This document shows, one piece after another, positions 18,060-28,726 of a stretch of DNA of 64,000 bases. Below the pieces are notes generated by a model that was not told where the DNA came from, ran no database searches, and saw nothing but the letters and a program-made list of their open reading frames with translations. Made by a program: the position numbers and the translations under genes. How positions within the stretch are numbered: position 1 is the stretch's first letter; each line of letters opens with the position of its first letter. Origin of the DNA: an uncultured bacterium (GTDB taxonomy: Bacteria; Patescibacteriota; JACMRA01); NCBI GenBank assembly GCA_963704645.1, contig OY969926.1:864001-928000 (forward strand), in the 5' to 3' direction.

Positions 18060-19205
18060 ATGAACTTTAAAGAACAGTTGATTGAATTTAAAACCAATTT
18101 TGATTATCAACTTAGCCAATACCTATTAAACAAAATTGAAGAAGCTGGAAAAATAAATAGCGTGGCTAAAACTAACTTGGAAGAAATTTACAGAGTTATT
18201 TTAGAAGTAAAATCGGCTGGAAAAAGAATTAGACCCGCCTTAACATATTTTGGGTTTTTAGCCACAGGGAAAACTCCTAACGAGCAAGATTTAAACAATA
18301 TTACCCAAGTTGGAATTGCTTTAGAATTATTCCACACTTTTGCTTTAATTCACGATGATATTATAGACGAAAGCTTAACTAGACGAGGTTCACCAACTGT
18401 TCAGGCTTTTTACCAAAATTATTTTCAAAATGAAGCCCAAAATCATATCGAGACTGATTCTTTAAACAGTCAAAACTCTGCTCAAGATGTAACTAGAAGT
18501 AACCATCTTGCTTTAGGGGCTACAATTTTAGCTGGAGATTTTGCCTACATGCTTTCTCAAGAAGTAATTGGAAAATTGCCAAGTTCTCCTAAAATTGAGA
18601 AGATGAAGGATCTATTTTACCAAATGCAGTTTGAACTTATTTCTGGTCAACTAGACGATTGTTACGGAGTTGGAATGGCAAATTTTGATAATTTAAAACC
18701 AAAAGATATTGAGCATATGTTGAAGTTGAAATCTGGTAACTATTCCATTCAAAAACCACTTTTGTTAGGTGCAAGTTTGGCAGAGGCTAGTTCTTCCCAG
18801 TTAGAAGCTTTAGATAAGGCCGGTGAAAAAATTGGCTTAGTCTACCAACTAACCGACGATATTATTAGTTTATTTGGTGATGAAGAAAAAACTGGAAAGC
18901 CTAGCAAGGCAGATATTGTTGAAGGAAAGCGTACTTTATTGATGTCTTCCTATTACAATTCCTTAGACGGTGAAAACAGAAATTCACTTAAGAATATTTT
19001 GGGGAACGCTGAAACTAGCAATGATGAAATTCAAACTTTAAAACAGAAAATGCTTAACAGTGGGGTTGTTGATTCATTGAAAAAGCGTTGTGATGAAGAA
19101 AATAATAGGGCTTGGGTAATTTTGTCTGAAATTTTTGACCCGTTAAACGTGGGCATTAAATTCATAAAAGACATGTCTGAGTATTTGGTTCTAAGAGACA
19201 GCTAG
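18060..19205 (+). CDS. Polyprenyl/geranylgeranyl diphosphate synthase
   Basis: GKRIRP, LIHDDIID..RRG, GQLDD and YQLTDD..TGK motifs. Confidence 0.93.
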   Translation: MNFKEQLIEFKTNFDYQLSQYLLNKIEEAGKINSVAKTNLEEIYRVILEVKSAGKRIRPALTYFGFLATGKTPNEQDLNNITQVGIALELFHTFALIHDDIIDESLTRRGSPTVQAFYQNYFQNEAQNHIETDSLNSQNSAQDVTRSNHLALGATILAGDFAYMLSQEVIGKLPSSPKIEKMKDLFYQMQFELISGQLDDCYGVGMANFDNLKPKDIEHMLKLKSGNYSIQKPLLLGASLAEASSSQLEALDKAGEKIGLVYQLTDDIISLFGDEEKTGKPSKADIVEGKRTLLMSSYYNSLDGENRNSLKNILGNAETSNDEIQTLKQKMLNSGVVDSLKKRCDEENNRAWVILSEIFDPLNVGIKFIKDMSEYLVLRDS

Positions 19206-19291
19206 AAGTATTTTGAACTAAATAATTCAGGTTTTTAGGCAAATGAACCTGAATTTTAAAATTAAATTGTTTGTAAAAAGCTAGAAAGTTG

Positions 19292-19320
19292 TTGACATTT
19301 ATACGAAGTCATTTTAATTT
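19292..19320 (+). promoter_or_regulatory. xer promoter (TTGACA-17-TAATTT) with a dif-like half-site TTATACGAAGT (19299-19309) in the spacer
   Basis: Read directly; the half-site differs by one base from the right arm of the site at 50130-50140. Confidence 0.55.
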
Positions 19321-19329
19321 CTACTTATT

Positions 19330-20475
19330 ATGTCATTTCAACGAGATATGGAAGATTTTCTTCTGTATTGTGAACTAACCAAGCAGTATTCTGAAAACAC
19401 TGTGCGTAATTATAGGGCTACTATGGAGCGCTTTGGAAAGTTTTTGGAGGTTAGGCAAATAGCTAGAACTAACCAAATTGATATTGATATTGTGAACCAA
19501 TACCGTGTTCATTTAAACAAGCAAGAAAGCATTAGGGGAGATAAAATTAGTTTGAAAACTCAGGCTTATCAAATTGTAGTGTTAAGGTCCTTCTTAAAAT
19601 TTTTAATTAAAAATGGGGCTTTGGTTCTTTCTCCAGATAGATTGGAATTGCCTAAAACTAGAATGCGAAAAATTGAATTTTTAAATGAAACTGAGGTTCA
19701 AAAGCTAATTCATGTAATTATTCAAGATTCGGCTAAAGTTGCAGATGTTCAAAAGAAACGTAATCAGGCCATAGTTTTAATTTTGTTTGGTTCAGGTTTG
19801 CGTTTGTCTGAATTGCTAAGTTTGAAAAAAGCCCAAATTCCATTGTGGAAAGGAGAGGTTGAATTGGAGGAAGAAAATGCTAGTGTTGATAGTAACCCTC
19901 AAGAAAATGGAAGGAGCGTAGAAATTGTGAATGGTGATTTAAATCAAACTCTAAGTTTAGAGTCTGGACTTCCACAAAGTTCAACACTAGAAAAAGATAT
20001 TCCTATACAAAATACACCTAGAAATGAAACTACAAGCCCAGAAATGAGCGACAATCAGCTATTAATTCAAGGTAAAGGTGGAAAAGTCCGCTCGGCTTTT
20101 TTGGCTCCGGCTTCATTAGAAGCAATTCATGAGTATTTAAAAATTCGTGGGGAAGACGAAAACCCTTGGCTGTTCATTTCTTTTAGTAAAAACAGAACTA
20201 AAGATTTAAAAAAACAAAAACCATTAACTCCAAGAATGGTTCAGTTAATGTTACAAAGTTATGCCAACAGATTGGGTATTTATAAGCACGTTACGCCACA
20301 CACACTTCGTCATAGTTTTGCCACAAAGGTTTTAACTGAAGGAGGAGATTTGCGTTCGGTGCAGACTTTGCTTGGCCATTCTAATATTTCTACCACTCAA
20401 ATTTATACACATGTTAGTGACTGGCAAATTAGAGATTTACATTCCAAAGTGTTTGGCAAGAAAGAGGGGAAATAA
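19330..20475 (+). CDS. XerC/XerD-type tyrosine recombinase with a large acidic insertion
   Basis: SAM-like N-domain (YSENTVRNY); catalytic residues in GLRLSE, GKGGK, HTLRH, LGH and TQIY all intact. Confidence 0.93.
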   Translation: MSFQRDMEDFLLYCELTKQYSENTVRNYRATMERFGKFLEVRQIARTNQIDIDIVNQYRVHLNKQESIRGDKISLKTQAYQIVVLRSFLKFLIKNGALVLSPDRLELPKTRMRKIEFLNETEVQKLIHVIIQDSAKVADVQKKRNQAIVLILFGSGLRLSELLSLKKAQIPLWKGEVELEEENASVDSNPQENGRSVEIVNGDLNQTLSLESGLPQSSTLEKDIPIQNTPRNETTSPEMSDNQLLIQGKGGKVRSAFLAPASLEAIHEYLKIRGEDENPWLFISFSKNRTKDLKKQKPLTPRMVQLMLQSYANRLGIYKHVTPHTLRHSFATKVLTEGGDLRSVQTLLGHSNISTTQIYTHVSDWQIRDLHSKVFGKKEGK

Positions 20476-20544
20476 TTAAAAACTACAGTTTTATGGGCAC
20501 TATTGACTAAAACGTGAATCAGCTTAAAAATTTATAAATAGCTT

Positions 20545-22080
20545 ATGTTAAATATTCTTACAAATCAACCCTCAACCGATATAATTCTTTGGAAGCTAAG
20601 TTTAATCTCCGTTTCTGAGCTCAGTTCTTTGGAAACTTCGTTAAAAGATATTTTAGGACTTGTAAAATTTACAGGAAAGTTTGGCCAAGTTTCCATTCTT
20701 GCTGAAAGAAAAGAAATTTTTGTAGGCTTAACCTTCCAACCAGAACAAAAAACCGCCGACCCTTATCACGTTTTTAATTTTTACCAATTGGGCGCTAAAA
20801 TAGTTCGAAGTATAGCTCCATTCAAAATTGAAAATTTGGAGTTGCAAAACCATTCTATTTTTTTGGAATCTAAACACAATAATTTTGGTGAATTTTCCAA
20901 ATATTTGTTAGATTTATTATTGGGAATTAGCCAAGCTAGCTGGAATTTAGACACATATTTACCAGAGTCTGAAGCAAAATCTAGAAATATAAATTTAAGT
21001 TTTGGCTCAAGTTTGTCTAACTTACTTACTCCAGATTTAGTTTCTACTTTTAATGCTTTAAATAACGGTGTTACTCTAACCAGAAGTTTGGTAGATGACA
21101 TTCCTGAAAACATTAACCCAACAACATTGCCAAAATTGGTTGAAAAAGAATTAGGCCATAAAGCAAATATAACATTAAAAGTTATAGATTATTCTAAAAT
21201 TGTAGAAATGGGTATGGAAGGAATATATTTTGTAGGCAGAGCAAGTATTCACGACCCTGTAATGGTTCACGTTGTTCTAAGCCCGAAGGGTGAAGTTAAA
21301 AATAGAGTTTGCTTGGTAGGTAAAGGTGTAACCTACGATTCTGGAGGTTTAGATATTAAAACAGCTGGTAGCATGAAAACTATGAAAGTGGATATGGCAG
21401 GAAGCGCTACAATGTTTGGTGTAATGAAAGTTTTATCTGAAATGGAACTAGAAAATACAGAAGTTCACTGGATTTCGGCTTGGGTAGAAAATATGGTTGC
21501 AGGAAATAGCTACAAAACCGATGACGTTCTAACAACATATTCTGGCCAAACTGTAGAAATTTGGAACACTGATGCTGAGGGAAGATTAACTTTAGCCGAC
21601 GCTTTGGCCTATGCTACATTACAAAACCCAGATTATATTATTGACGCAGCTACTTTAACAGGTGCAGCTGTAAGATCTGTTTCTGAATATTACACAGCCA
21701 TGATGAGTAACGATTTCAACTTGGTTCACGGTCTAGAAAAAACTTTCATTCAAGAAGGTGAAAAAACAACTCACACACCACTTCCAGAAGTTTTACGCTC
21801 TAAAGTAAAGGGAGATGTTGGCCAGTTACTAAACGTTAGCACAATTGGGGCATATGCAGGTCATTTAACAGCCGGTCTATTTTTAAGCTACTTCGTAGAT
21901 CAGAAAAACTTTAGAAACCCAAAATTAGATATTAAAGAACCAAAAGCATACGCTTGGGCTCACTTAGATATTGCAGGAAGTTGCTGGAACAAAAAACAAA
22001 ATGACTTGGAAGCAAACGGTGCTACAGGGCAAAGTGTTAGAAGTTTAGCCGCCTGGGTTATAGGGTTAGATGGAAAATAA
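20545..22080 (+). CDS. pepA: M17 leucyl aminopeptidase
   Basis: VGKGVTYDSGGLDIK, MKVDMAG, NTDAEGRL and WAHLDIAG motifs. Confidence 0.93.
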   Translation: MLNILTNQPSTDIILWKLSLISVSELSSLETSLKDILGLVKFTGKFGQVSILAERKEIFVGLTFQPEQKTADPYHVFNFYQLGAKIVRSIAPFKIENLELQNHSIFLESKHNNFGEFSKYLLDLLLGISQASWNLDTYLPESEAKSRNINLSFGSSLSNLLTPDLVSTFNALNNGVTLTRSLVDDIPENINPTTLPKLVEKELGHKANITLKVIDYSKIVEMGMEGIYFVGRASIHDPVMVHVVLSPKGEVKNRVCLVGKGVTYDSGGLDIKTAGSMKTMKVDMAGSATMFGVMKVLSEMELENTEVHWISAWVENMVAGNSYKTDDVLTTYSGQTVEIWNTDAEGRLTLADALAYATLQNPDYIIDAATLTGAAVRSVSEYYTAMMSNDFNLVHGLEKTFIQEGEKTTHTPLPEVLRSKVKGDVGQLLNVSTIGAYAGHLTAGLFLSYFVDQKNFRNPKLDIKEPKAYAWAHLDIAGSCWNKKQNDLEANGATGQSVRSLAAWVIGLDGK

Positions 22081-22096
22081 AAATAAAAAAACCAAT

Positions 22097-22120
22097 GTAG
22101 GGGCGATGTTTAGCATCGCC
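22097..22120 (+). repeat. GTAG-tagged REP palindrome (GTAG-G-GGCGATG-TTTAG-CATCGCC)
   Basis: GTAG tag followed by a perfect 7-bp stem, downstream of pepA. Confidence 0.75.
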
Positions 22121-22217
22121 TTTGTTCATGCTGCAAAAAATAACGGCCACAGCGAAATAGCTGGCCAACAATCAGAAAGTGTGCAATACTCAGTACAAAG
22201 TTAGAATTGATACAAAT

Positions 22218-22967
22218 ATGTTAACTAAAAGCACAGGCTTAGAAGCACCAGTTACTTTAGCCAGTATTCCAGCAAGAAGAGTAGTTACAGCGGAAGAAAT
22301 TCTTAGTAAACCAGAAGATTTGAAGTTGCAGAAAGTAATGACAGATAGACTGTTTTCAATTCTTAGAGATACTTCAGCAATAAGAAATATAATTTACCAA
22401 TCTGTTAAAAGAAGCAGTAATTTAAATAGAGAAAACATTGGTGAAATTTGGTATATTGCATTATTTTTCAGTAAAAAAGAAACACATGAAAGAATTAATA
22501 TAATCAGAGAATTGTCTTTAACAGATCGAGTCTTAAGTTTTCAAACTCTTGTTTCAAAATTAAAAAATTCTAAATATGGTAGTGAAGTTTTTGAAGTCGA
22601 AAAAAACTGGTATCAGCCAACAGCTGCTGAAAGAATTATAAATACTCCTTCTGCCCAAAGCGGTCTTACTGCTGGGCCAAGTATCCAAAATACATATACA
22701 AACGAAGATGGAGAACTTGTGAAGATGGACTTTGTAAAATCTTCTATAATTTCATATAACAGCGACTTAGAAGCTCAACAAATAGCCACATATCAAGCAT
22801 CTAAATATCAGAATTTAAAACGCAGAGATCCTGCTGAAATAGGTAGTAAATTAAATGAGTTACGTAAAAATTCTTCTAGCCCGAAATCAGAGAAAGTAAA
22901 TACTTCACCAGTTTCAAAAATGTTTAACGGGGTGAAAAATTGGTTCGGCAAAATGTTGAATAGATAA
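22218..22967 (+). CDS. Hypothetical protein
   Basis: Long ORF with host-like codon usage; likely start ATG 22218. Confidence 0.65.
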   Translation: MLTKSTGLEAPVTLASIPARRVVTAEEILSKPEDLKLQKVMTDRLFSILRDTSAIRNIIYQSVKRSSNLNRENIGEIWYIALFFSKKETHERINIIRELSLTDRVLSFQTLVSKLKNSKYGSEVFEVEKNWYQPTAAERIINTPSAQSGLTAGPSIQNTYTNEDGELVKMDFVKSSIISYNSDLEAQQIATYQASKYQNLKRRDPAEIGSKLNELRKNSSSPKSEKVNTSPVSKMFNGVKNWFGKMLNR

Positions 22968-23033
22968 TCTGAAAATGGTTTTATAATTATCAATTAATTA
23001 CTTTGGTTACAAGTAGGCAAGGCCGAACTACGC

Positions 23034-24179
23034 TTAGCCCCTCTTCTTAAACCATTGGCTTAATCTGGTTAAAAAATAATCTGGCTCTTTTAAAATTACA
23101 TCAAAAGCACCAGGATATGTTACAATTTCGCCTTTGTACCCTTCTTTAAATTTGCTAAATCCTTTTCCTTCTTCCCAGCCCCCAAGATCGTAACTGTTGC
23201 AATTGTAGGCTTTGCCAATATAAATAGCAGTTAAATGTATTAAATACTGACCGTAGTTATTGAAACTAGATGGATTGTTTCCTCCGTGTAAATAAACTAT
23301 TGTATCGTTAAAAACTCCACCAAGCCAACATGACTGTGGTATATTGTGCTGATCTTTTAAAATTATTGAATGGGCAAAATCTTGGTGAAATAATTCTTTC
23401 AAATAGCTTTTTGGATGAGTTGCAAAATCTTGTCTTTTGGTGGTGGCGTGATGAACTGCGTACCAATCGTCAAAGCTTGGATTATTTATTTCCACAGTCC
23501 AACCCATTTCCAAGCTTTTTTTAGTGTATCTTCTAATGTTCTGATTAGTTTTACTCCAAAACTCCGTGTTATTCTGAAAGAAATGTTTAAGATCTGAAAG
23601 GGATGGCGAAAAAGAGATTTTACTTTTACTGTCATTTAAAATTTCAGACTCATCCAAAAACTTATCTACAATACTGGTTGTATTTCTAACAGGTAGCTCG
23701 TACTTACTAGCTTTTATATCAGATATATTTAAAATTATGGTAGAAAGAAAGTTTATTTGGCGTAAACTTGGTACAATTTCTTCAGAAATTAGGTGAGCTA
23801 AATATTTTGAATGGCTATGTTCTCCGCTATGATTTATGCTGTCACCGTTTAATAAAGAGCTGTAAAATTCAGGGTCAAAATCAATTTTTAATAAAGTTGC
23901 TCCAACATTTTTCCCAGTAGAAATAATTTCTTCAACAAGTTTTTGAAATAGTGCGGTTGCTTCTTTTTTACTTTTTTTGCCAAAACCAGAACCAAGCCTT
24001 GGAACATATAACCAAACCTGATTAAACTTCCAAGGATATTGGTAAACGGCAACAGAATATTCTTCTAAACCAAAACTGGTTTTAATTTCTGTTTTGGCTA
24101 AATGTATTTTGTGGCTAATACCGTTAGCCTTAATCCAAAAATTGTACCAGCACTGGGTTTGTAAAAAATTGGTAGACAC
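23034..24179 (-). CDS. FemABX/MurM family peptidoglycan bridge peptidyltransferase
   Basis: NFLQT..W, LYVPR, NIRRYTKKS, YLHGG, YDLGG and FKEGY motifs. Confidence 0.88.
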   Translation of the reverse strand: MSTNFLQTQCWYNFWIKANGISHKIHLAKTEIKTSFGLEEYSVAVYQYPWKFNQVWLYVPRLGSGFGKKSKKEATALFQKLVEEIISTGKNVGATLLKIDFDPEFYSSLLNGDSINHSGEHSHSKYLAHLISEEIVPSLRQINFLSTIILNISDIKASKYELPVRNTTSIVDKFLDESEILNDSKSKISFSPSLSDLKHFFQNNTEFWSKTNQNIRRYTKKSLEMGWTVEINNPSFDDWYAVHHATTKRQDFATHPKSYLKELFHQDFAHSIILKDQHNIPQSCWLGGVFNDTIVYLHGGNNPSSFNNYGQYLIHLTAIYIGKAYNCNSYDLGGWEEGKGFSKFKEGYKGEIVTYPGAFDVILKEPDYFLTRLSQWFKKRG

Positions 24180-24197
24180 AATTGGTGAATTTTTAAA

Positions 24198-27140
24198 CTA
24201 CTTAAATAGTTTCTTCAAATACTGTCCAGTGTAACTACCTTTAACTTTACTTACTTTTTCTGGTGTTCCTTCGGCTACTATAATTCCCCCGTTTATTCCC
24301 CCTTCTGGACCTAAATCTATTACCCAATCTGCAGTTTTTATAACATCTAAATTGTGTTCAATAACTAAAACTGAATTACCTTTTCCTACTAATTGGTGTA
24401 AAACTTTAAGAAGTAATTTAACATCCAACGGGTGTAAACCTGTAGTTGGCTCATCAAGAATGTACAAAGTGTTTCCAGTTCCAACCTTAGAAAGCTCGGT
24501 GGCTAGTTTAATTCTTTGAGCTTCTCCACCAGACAAAGTGGTTGCAGATTGTCCCAAATGAATATAGCCTAAACCAACTTCTAACAATGTTTTCAATTTT
24601 CTGTTGGCCAGGGTGTGGTTTTGGAAGAACTCGAAGGCTTCCTCTACGCTCATATCCAAAATATCTGCAATGTTCTTGCCATTATAGGTAATTTCTAAAG
24701 TTTCACGGTTGTATCTTCTTCCTCCGCAGTCTTCGCAAACAACGTATACATCTGGTAAGAAGTTCATTTCTACTTTAATTAAACCGTCACCTTGGCAAGT
24801 TTCGCATCTTCCACCTGGAACGTTAAAACTAAATCTTCCTTGTAAATAACCTCTAGCTTTAGATTCTGGTAAATTAGAAAACAGTTCACGAATTGGAGAG
24901 AACAAACCAGTGTAAGTTGCTGGGTTACTTCTTGGTGTTCTACCAATTGGGCTTTGATCAATAATAATAGCTTTATCAATACCGTTCAAACCTGTAATTT
25001 CTTCAAACTTTCCTGTAGGTAACCTAGAATCGTAGAAATAATTCATTAAATGGTTAGAAAGAATATCGTTAATTAAGGTGCTTTTTCCACTACCAGAAAC
25101 ACCAGTTACACAAACAAAACGTTGCAACGGGAAATGAGTAGTTAGGTTTTGAAGGTTGTTTTCGTTAGCATTCCAAATAGAAATAATTGGTACTTCGCCT
25201 TTGCCCAACTTTACCTTAAATTTAGGATCGGTAGCTTCCAACATATCTGGAACTTTGTATTTAACTTCACGTCTTTCTGTAGGAATTTCAATAATGTCTG
25301 TTCCAGCCAAAAATCTACCGGTTGGCGATTCTGGGTTGGCTGCAACTTCTTCAGGAGTACCAACGGCAATTACTTCTCCACCGTGCTTTCCTGCTTTTGG
25401 ACCAATATCAACCAAAAAGTCGCTGTCTCTAATTGTTTCTTCGTCGTGTTCTACAACTAAAACGGAGTTTCCTAAATCTCTTAGGCGTTTTAAAGTTTCT
25501 AGCAATCTGCTGTTGTCACGTTGATGTAAACCAATGGAAGGTTCGTCTAAAATATATAAAACACCAGTTAAACCAGAACCAATTTGGGTGGCAAGACGTA
25601 TTCTTTGAGCTTCTCCACCAGACAAAGTTTCGCTGCTTCTAGATAAACTTAAGTATTCTAAACCAACATTCACCAAAAATCTTACTCTAGAAGTAATTTC
25701 GCGCAAAATCATTTTGGCAATTTCGTTTTCTTTTTGTGGAAGCAAGGCTAGTTTAGGGTCTTGCATGTTTTCAAAATGAGACAAAGCCTGGTTAATTGGC
25801 ATGCTGGAAATGTCGGCAATATTTTTGTCTAAAATAGTTACAGCTAATGTAGAGGGCTTAAGTCTGCAACCTTTACATTCTGGGCAAACTCCTTTAGTCA
25901 TGTAGCTTTCAATATCGCGTCTGCTGGCATCGGAAGTGGTTTCTTTATATCTTCGTTGCAAATTTGGAATGACACCTTCAAAACCGTCTCCACCGAATAA
26001 AATTAACTTTCTGTGTTTTTCAGATAAATCACGCCATGCTGTGTCTAAACTAAATTTGTGTTTCTTAGATAATGTTTGGAAAACCTGGGTAAGCCATCCT
26101 CCGCTTAAACTTAAACGACTTAATGGGCGAACACAACCTTCGGAAATAGATAAACTGTGGTTTGGTACAACTAATTCAGAATCAATTTCTGTAACAACAC
26201 CTAAACCAGTGCAAGCTGTACAAGCACCGTGTGGAGAGTTAAAACTAAACTGCCTTGGCTCTAATTCGCCAGGTGATCCGTGGCCATTTGGGCAGGAACG
26301 GTTTTTAGATAGAACAATTTTGCGCTCCTCTTCATCTGGTTTTATAATTAAAACGAAACATTTTTCATTGCCAAATTTTAAGGAAGTTTCAACAGAATCT
26401 GTAATTCTTAAGCGGTTTTCTGGAATAACATCAATTCTATCTACTACAATTTCTAAGCTATGCTTTTGTTGCTTGTTTAAATCTTCTTTTTCGGCAGCAT
26501 CAATTAACATTATTTTGCCATCAATTCTAATTCTTCTAAAACCATTTTTCTTGGCTTCAATTATATGTTGTCTGTGCCACCCTTTCATATCTTCAACAAC
26601 TGGGGCTAGAACTATTAATTGAGTTTCTGGTGGGTTACTCATTAATCTGTCTACCATTTTGGTCACGCTTTCCCCTGTAATTTCAGCATTACAAACAGGA
26701 CAGTGCTGAATACCAATTTTAGCGTATAAAAGTCTTAAATAATCGTAAATTTCGGTAACTGTTCCAACAGTAGAACGAGGGTTTTGGGAAGTAGATTTTT
26801 GATCGATGGAAATTGCAGGTGAAAGACCGTCAATGGAATCTAGATCTGGTTTTTCTTTTAAACCTAAAAATTGCCTAGCATAGCTGCTTAAACTTTCTAC
26901 ATAGCGGCGTTGCCCTTCGGCATAAATGGTGTCGAACACCAAACTAGACTTACCTGAACCAGACAAACCAGAAAACACAACAAGTTGATTTTTAGGAATA
27001 ACTAAAGATACATTTTTAAGGTTGTTTTCTCTTCCTCCACGAATTGTTATAAAGTCATGTGGGTTTGGAATTAAGCTGTTGTTGGCTAAATATTCAGGTG
27101 TATTGAAGTTTTTAATTTGCGTTGCTAAACTATCTGACAT
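24198..27140 (-). CDS. uvrA: Excinuclease ABC subunit A
   Basis: Two ABC domains (GLSGSGKSS, GVSGSGKST, LSGGEAQR twice) and Zn fingers; likely start ATG 27140. Confidence 0.98.
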   Translation of the reverse strand: MSDSLATQIKNFNTPEYLANNSLIPNPHDFITIRGGRENNLKNVSLVIPKNQLVVFSGLSGSGKSSLVFDTIYAEGQRRYVESLSSYARQFLGLKEKPDLDSIDGLSPAISIDQKSTSQNPRSTVGTVTEIYDYLRLLYAKIGIQHCPVCNAEITGESVTKMVDRLMSNPPETQLIVLAPVVEDMKGWHRQHIIEAKKNGFRRIRIDGKIMLIDAAEKEDLNKQQKHSLEIVVDRIDVIPENRLRITDSVETSLKFGNEKCFVLIIKPDEEERKIVLSKNRSCPNGHGSPGELEPRQFSFNSPHGACTACTGLGVVTEIDSELVVPNHSLSISEGCVRPLSRLSLSGGWLTQVFQTLSKKHKFSLDTAWRDLSEKHRKLILFGGDGFEGVIPNLQRRYKETTSDASRRDIESYMTKGVCPECKGCRLKPSTLAVTILDKNIADISSMPINQALSHFENMQDPKLALLPQKENEIAKMILREITSRVRFLVNVGLEYLSLSRSSETLSGGEAQRIRLATQIGSGLTGVLYILDEPSIGLHQRDNSRLLETLKRLRDLGNSVLVVEHDEETIRDSDFLVDIGPKAGKHGGEVIAVGTPEEVAANPESPTGRFLAGTDIIEIPTERREVKYKVPDMLEATDPKFKVKLGKGEVPIISIWNANENNLQNLTTHFPLQRFVCVTGVSGSGKSTLINDILSNHLMNYFYDSRLPTGKFEEITGLNGIDKAIIIDQSPIGRTPRSNPATYTGLFSPIRELFSNLPESKARGYLQGRFSFNVPGGRCETCQGDGLIKVEMNFLPDVYVVCEDCGGRRYNRETLEITYNGKNIADILDMSVEEAFEFFQNHTLANRKLKTLLEVGLGYIHLGQSATTLSGGEAQRIKLATELSKVGTGNTLYILDEPTTGLHPLDVKLLLKVLHQLVGKGNSVLVIEHNLDVIKTADWVIDLGPEGGINGGIIVAEGTPEKVSKVKGSYTGQYLKKLFK

Positions 27141-27372
27141 ACTATAAAGCTGGATACAAGTTGGGGCTTTTGTCAAAGTTTATGGTGTTCAGGGGAAATA
27201 GGGGGGGTGACTTAGGGTAAATTTACGTTGAATTTAGGGAATGTTTTATGGAAGTATATTTTGGAGAGGTGATAGATGATTCTTGTAGAAATAAATTTTG
27301 ACTTTAGTATTTTTATGTGCTCTAATAAGTAGGTAGCAATTTTGTATACAATTTACTTTTAACGAGGTTAAT

Positions 27373-27852
27373 GTGGAGATTTTCTTTGTTCTTTTTAACG
27401 CTTTTATTGATGAGGTCAGGAATCACCCTATTTCATTTTTGGCTTGGCTACTTGTTTTCCTATCAGTAATTGTTAGAAATTACAAAGTTAGAAAGGCACT
27501 AGCTCTTATTGGTCTTGGTCTGATTGCACTTACGGTTGTGCTTGTTATTAGCGGGCAAATGTCTTGGTACTACCAAGTCAGGCTTGTTAATTACTTCACA
27601 TTTATGAACGCTTTAGTATATGGCTTTATCCGTTTTGTGTTAGCGTTATGCAAAATGGCAATCACTTGGGAGCTTGCTAATGAGAGTGCACCACTTATTT
27701 GCCTTGTCGTATGCACATACTCAGTTTTTACAAACTATGCATTGCCAATAGATGTAACGCTTGTAAATTGGGATATAGCCAAGTTTTATTTAGGCGGATG
27801 GGTGCTATTGATATTTGGTCATTTTAGCAATTTATTTCTAAACAACAAATAA
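27373..27852 (+). CDS. ORFan cassette membrane protein
   Basis: TTGACT promoter, GAGG SD, GTG start, terminator AAAAAGAGTTCTTG...CAAGAGCTCTTTTT. Confidence 0.7.
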   Translation: MEIFFVLFNAFIDEVRNHPISFLAWLLVFLSVIVRNYKVRKALALIGLGLIALTVVLVISGQMSWYYQVRLVNYFTFMNALVYGFIRFVLALCKMAITWELANESAPLICLVVCTYSVFTNYALPIDVTLVNWDIAKFYLGGWVLLIFGHFSNLFLNNK

Positions 27853-28026
27853 ACTTAAAAAGAGTTCTTGCAAAATTTTAAACCAAGAGCTCTTTTTCTT
27901 TGGGCGAAAATTTTTGGGAGTGTGGTTCTATGTGTTTAAAATAATGTAATTGCATAATGGTTTCTTACTGCTTTTGACCATATGGTCTTATTAAAATATA
28001 CTTTGGTTATTAACGACCAATAAATT

Positions 28027-28050
28027 ATGGCGAGACAGGCTCGCCTCTAC
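28027..28050 (-). repeat. GTAG-tagged REP palindrome (GTAG-A-GGCGAG-CCTGT-CTCGCC)
   Basis: Read directly. Confidence 0.75.
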
Positions 28051-28063
28051 ACAAATTTAATAT

Positions 28064-28378
28064 ATGTTTCAATCAATTTTAAAATACTATAAACAAAATG
28101 ATCAGGTTATTTTTGTAATGCTTGGGCAATTGGCCGTGTTTGGTTTAATAATTGCAGCTATAATCTATGCAGTTTTGCAAATTTCAACTTGGCGTGGTTT
28201 TCAGTTTGATCCGTTTTTAACCATTTCTTTGGTGTATATAGTTTACTTGCAAAATAAGGTTTTAAAATCTATTCAATTTCAAAATCAGCAAAATATTCAA
28301 ATTCTTTCCAAGTTAGTAGAAAAACAAACGGCCGAGAAAGCTTCTACAAAATTGGCGGTGAAGAAAGCTGTGAAGTAG
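28064..28378 (+). CDS. Small membrane protein
   Basis: Two TM segments and a basic tail. Confidence 0.65.
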   Translation: MFQSILKYYKQNDQVIFVMLGQLAVFGLIIAAIIYAVLQISTWRGFQFDPFLTISLVYIVYLQNKVLKSIQFQNQQNIQILSKLVEKQTAEKASTKLAVKKAVK

Positions 28379-28438
28379 TTTACTATATAGTTTAAGTTTT
28401 TTGTGTAAGAAAATAGCAGCTTCAGAGCTGCTTGAGTT

Positions 28439-28678
28439 TTATTTTTGAAGGTACAAACCAACAGCGAAAGCTATAATTGGTCTTCCGTAAGTTGCTAAAT
28501 CTGTGTCAGAATAAAGACAGGTCATTATATCCTCGGCTGCCAGATTTTTGGATGAGGCTATGGCATCAATTTTGCCATAAAGCTTTTCCGATAAAAATCT
28601 ACCATTATGTGGGTCTTTGAATTGATTATACTTCTCACCCAGGTTTTCAATAAAGTCATTAATATACATATTACCCAT
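28439..28678 (-). CDS. Small ORFan cassette protein
   Basis: GGAG upstream; terminator AGCAGCTTCAGAGCTGCT at ~28415-28432. Confidence 0.5.
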   Translation of the reverse strand: MGNMYINDFIENLGEKYNQFKDPHNGRFLSEKLYGKIDAIASSKNLAAEDIMTCLYSDTDLATYGRPIIAFAVGLYLQK

Positions 28679-28726
28679 TCTCCAAAAACGAGAGTTCTTT
28701 ACATTAAAAGCACAAACTATAGTTTT

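Noticed and set aside
19830-20060. Intein or intron in the Xer gene
   Set aside because: Short in-frame low-complexity insert without Cys/Ser-start and His-Asn-end splicing motifs or evident intron structure.
19330-22080. xer-pepA adjacency as a functional Xer accessory module
   Set aside because: PepA assists Xer at plasmid cer/psi sites in E. coli, but pepA here has its own promoter and nothing in the sequence supports a link.
25936-26622. 228-aa + strand ORF and other antisense ORFs over uvrA, pepA, dnaG and the 1369-aa gene
   Set aside because: Shadows of well-supported genes on the opposite strand.
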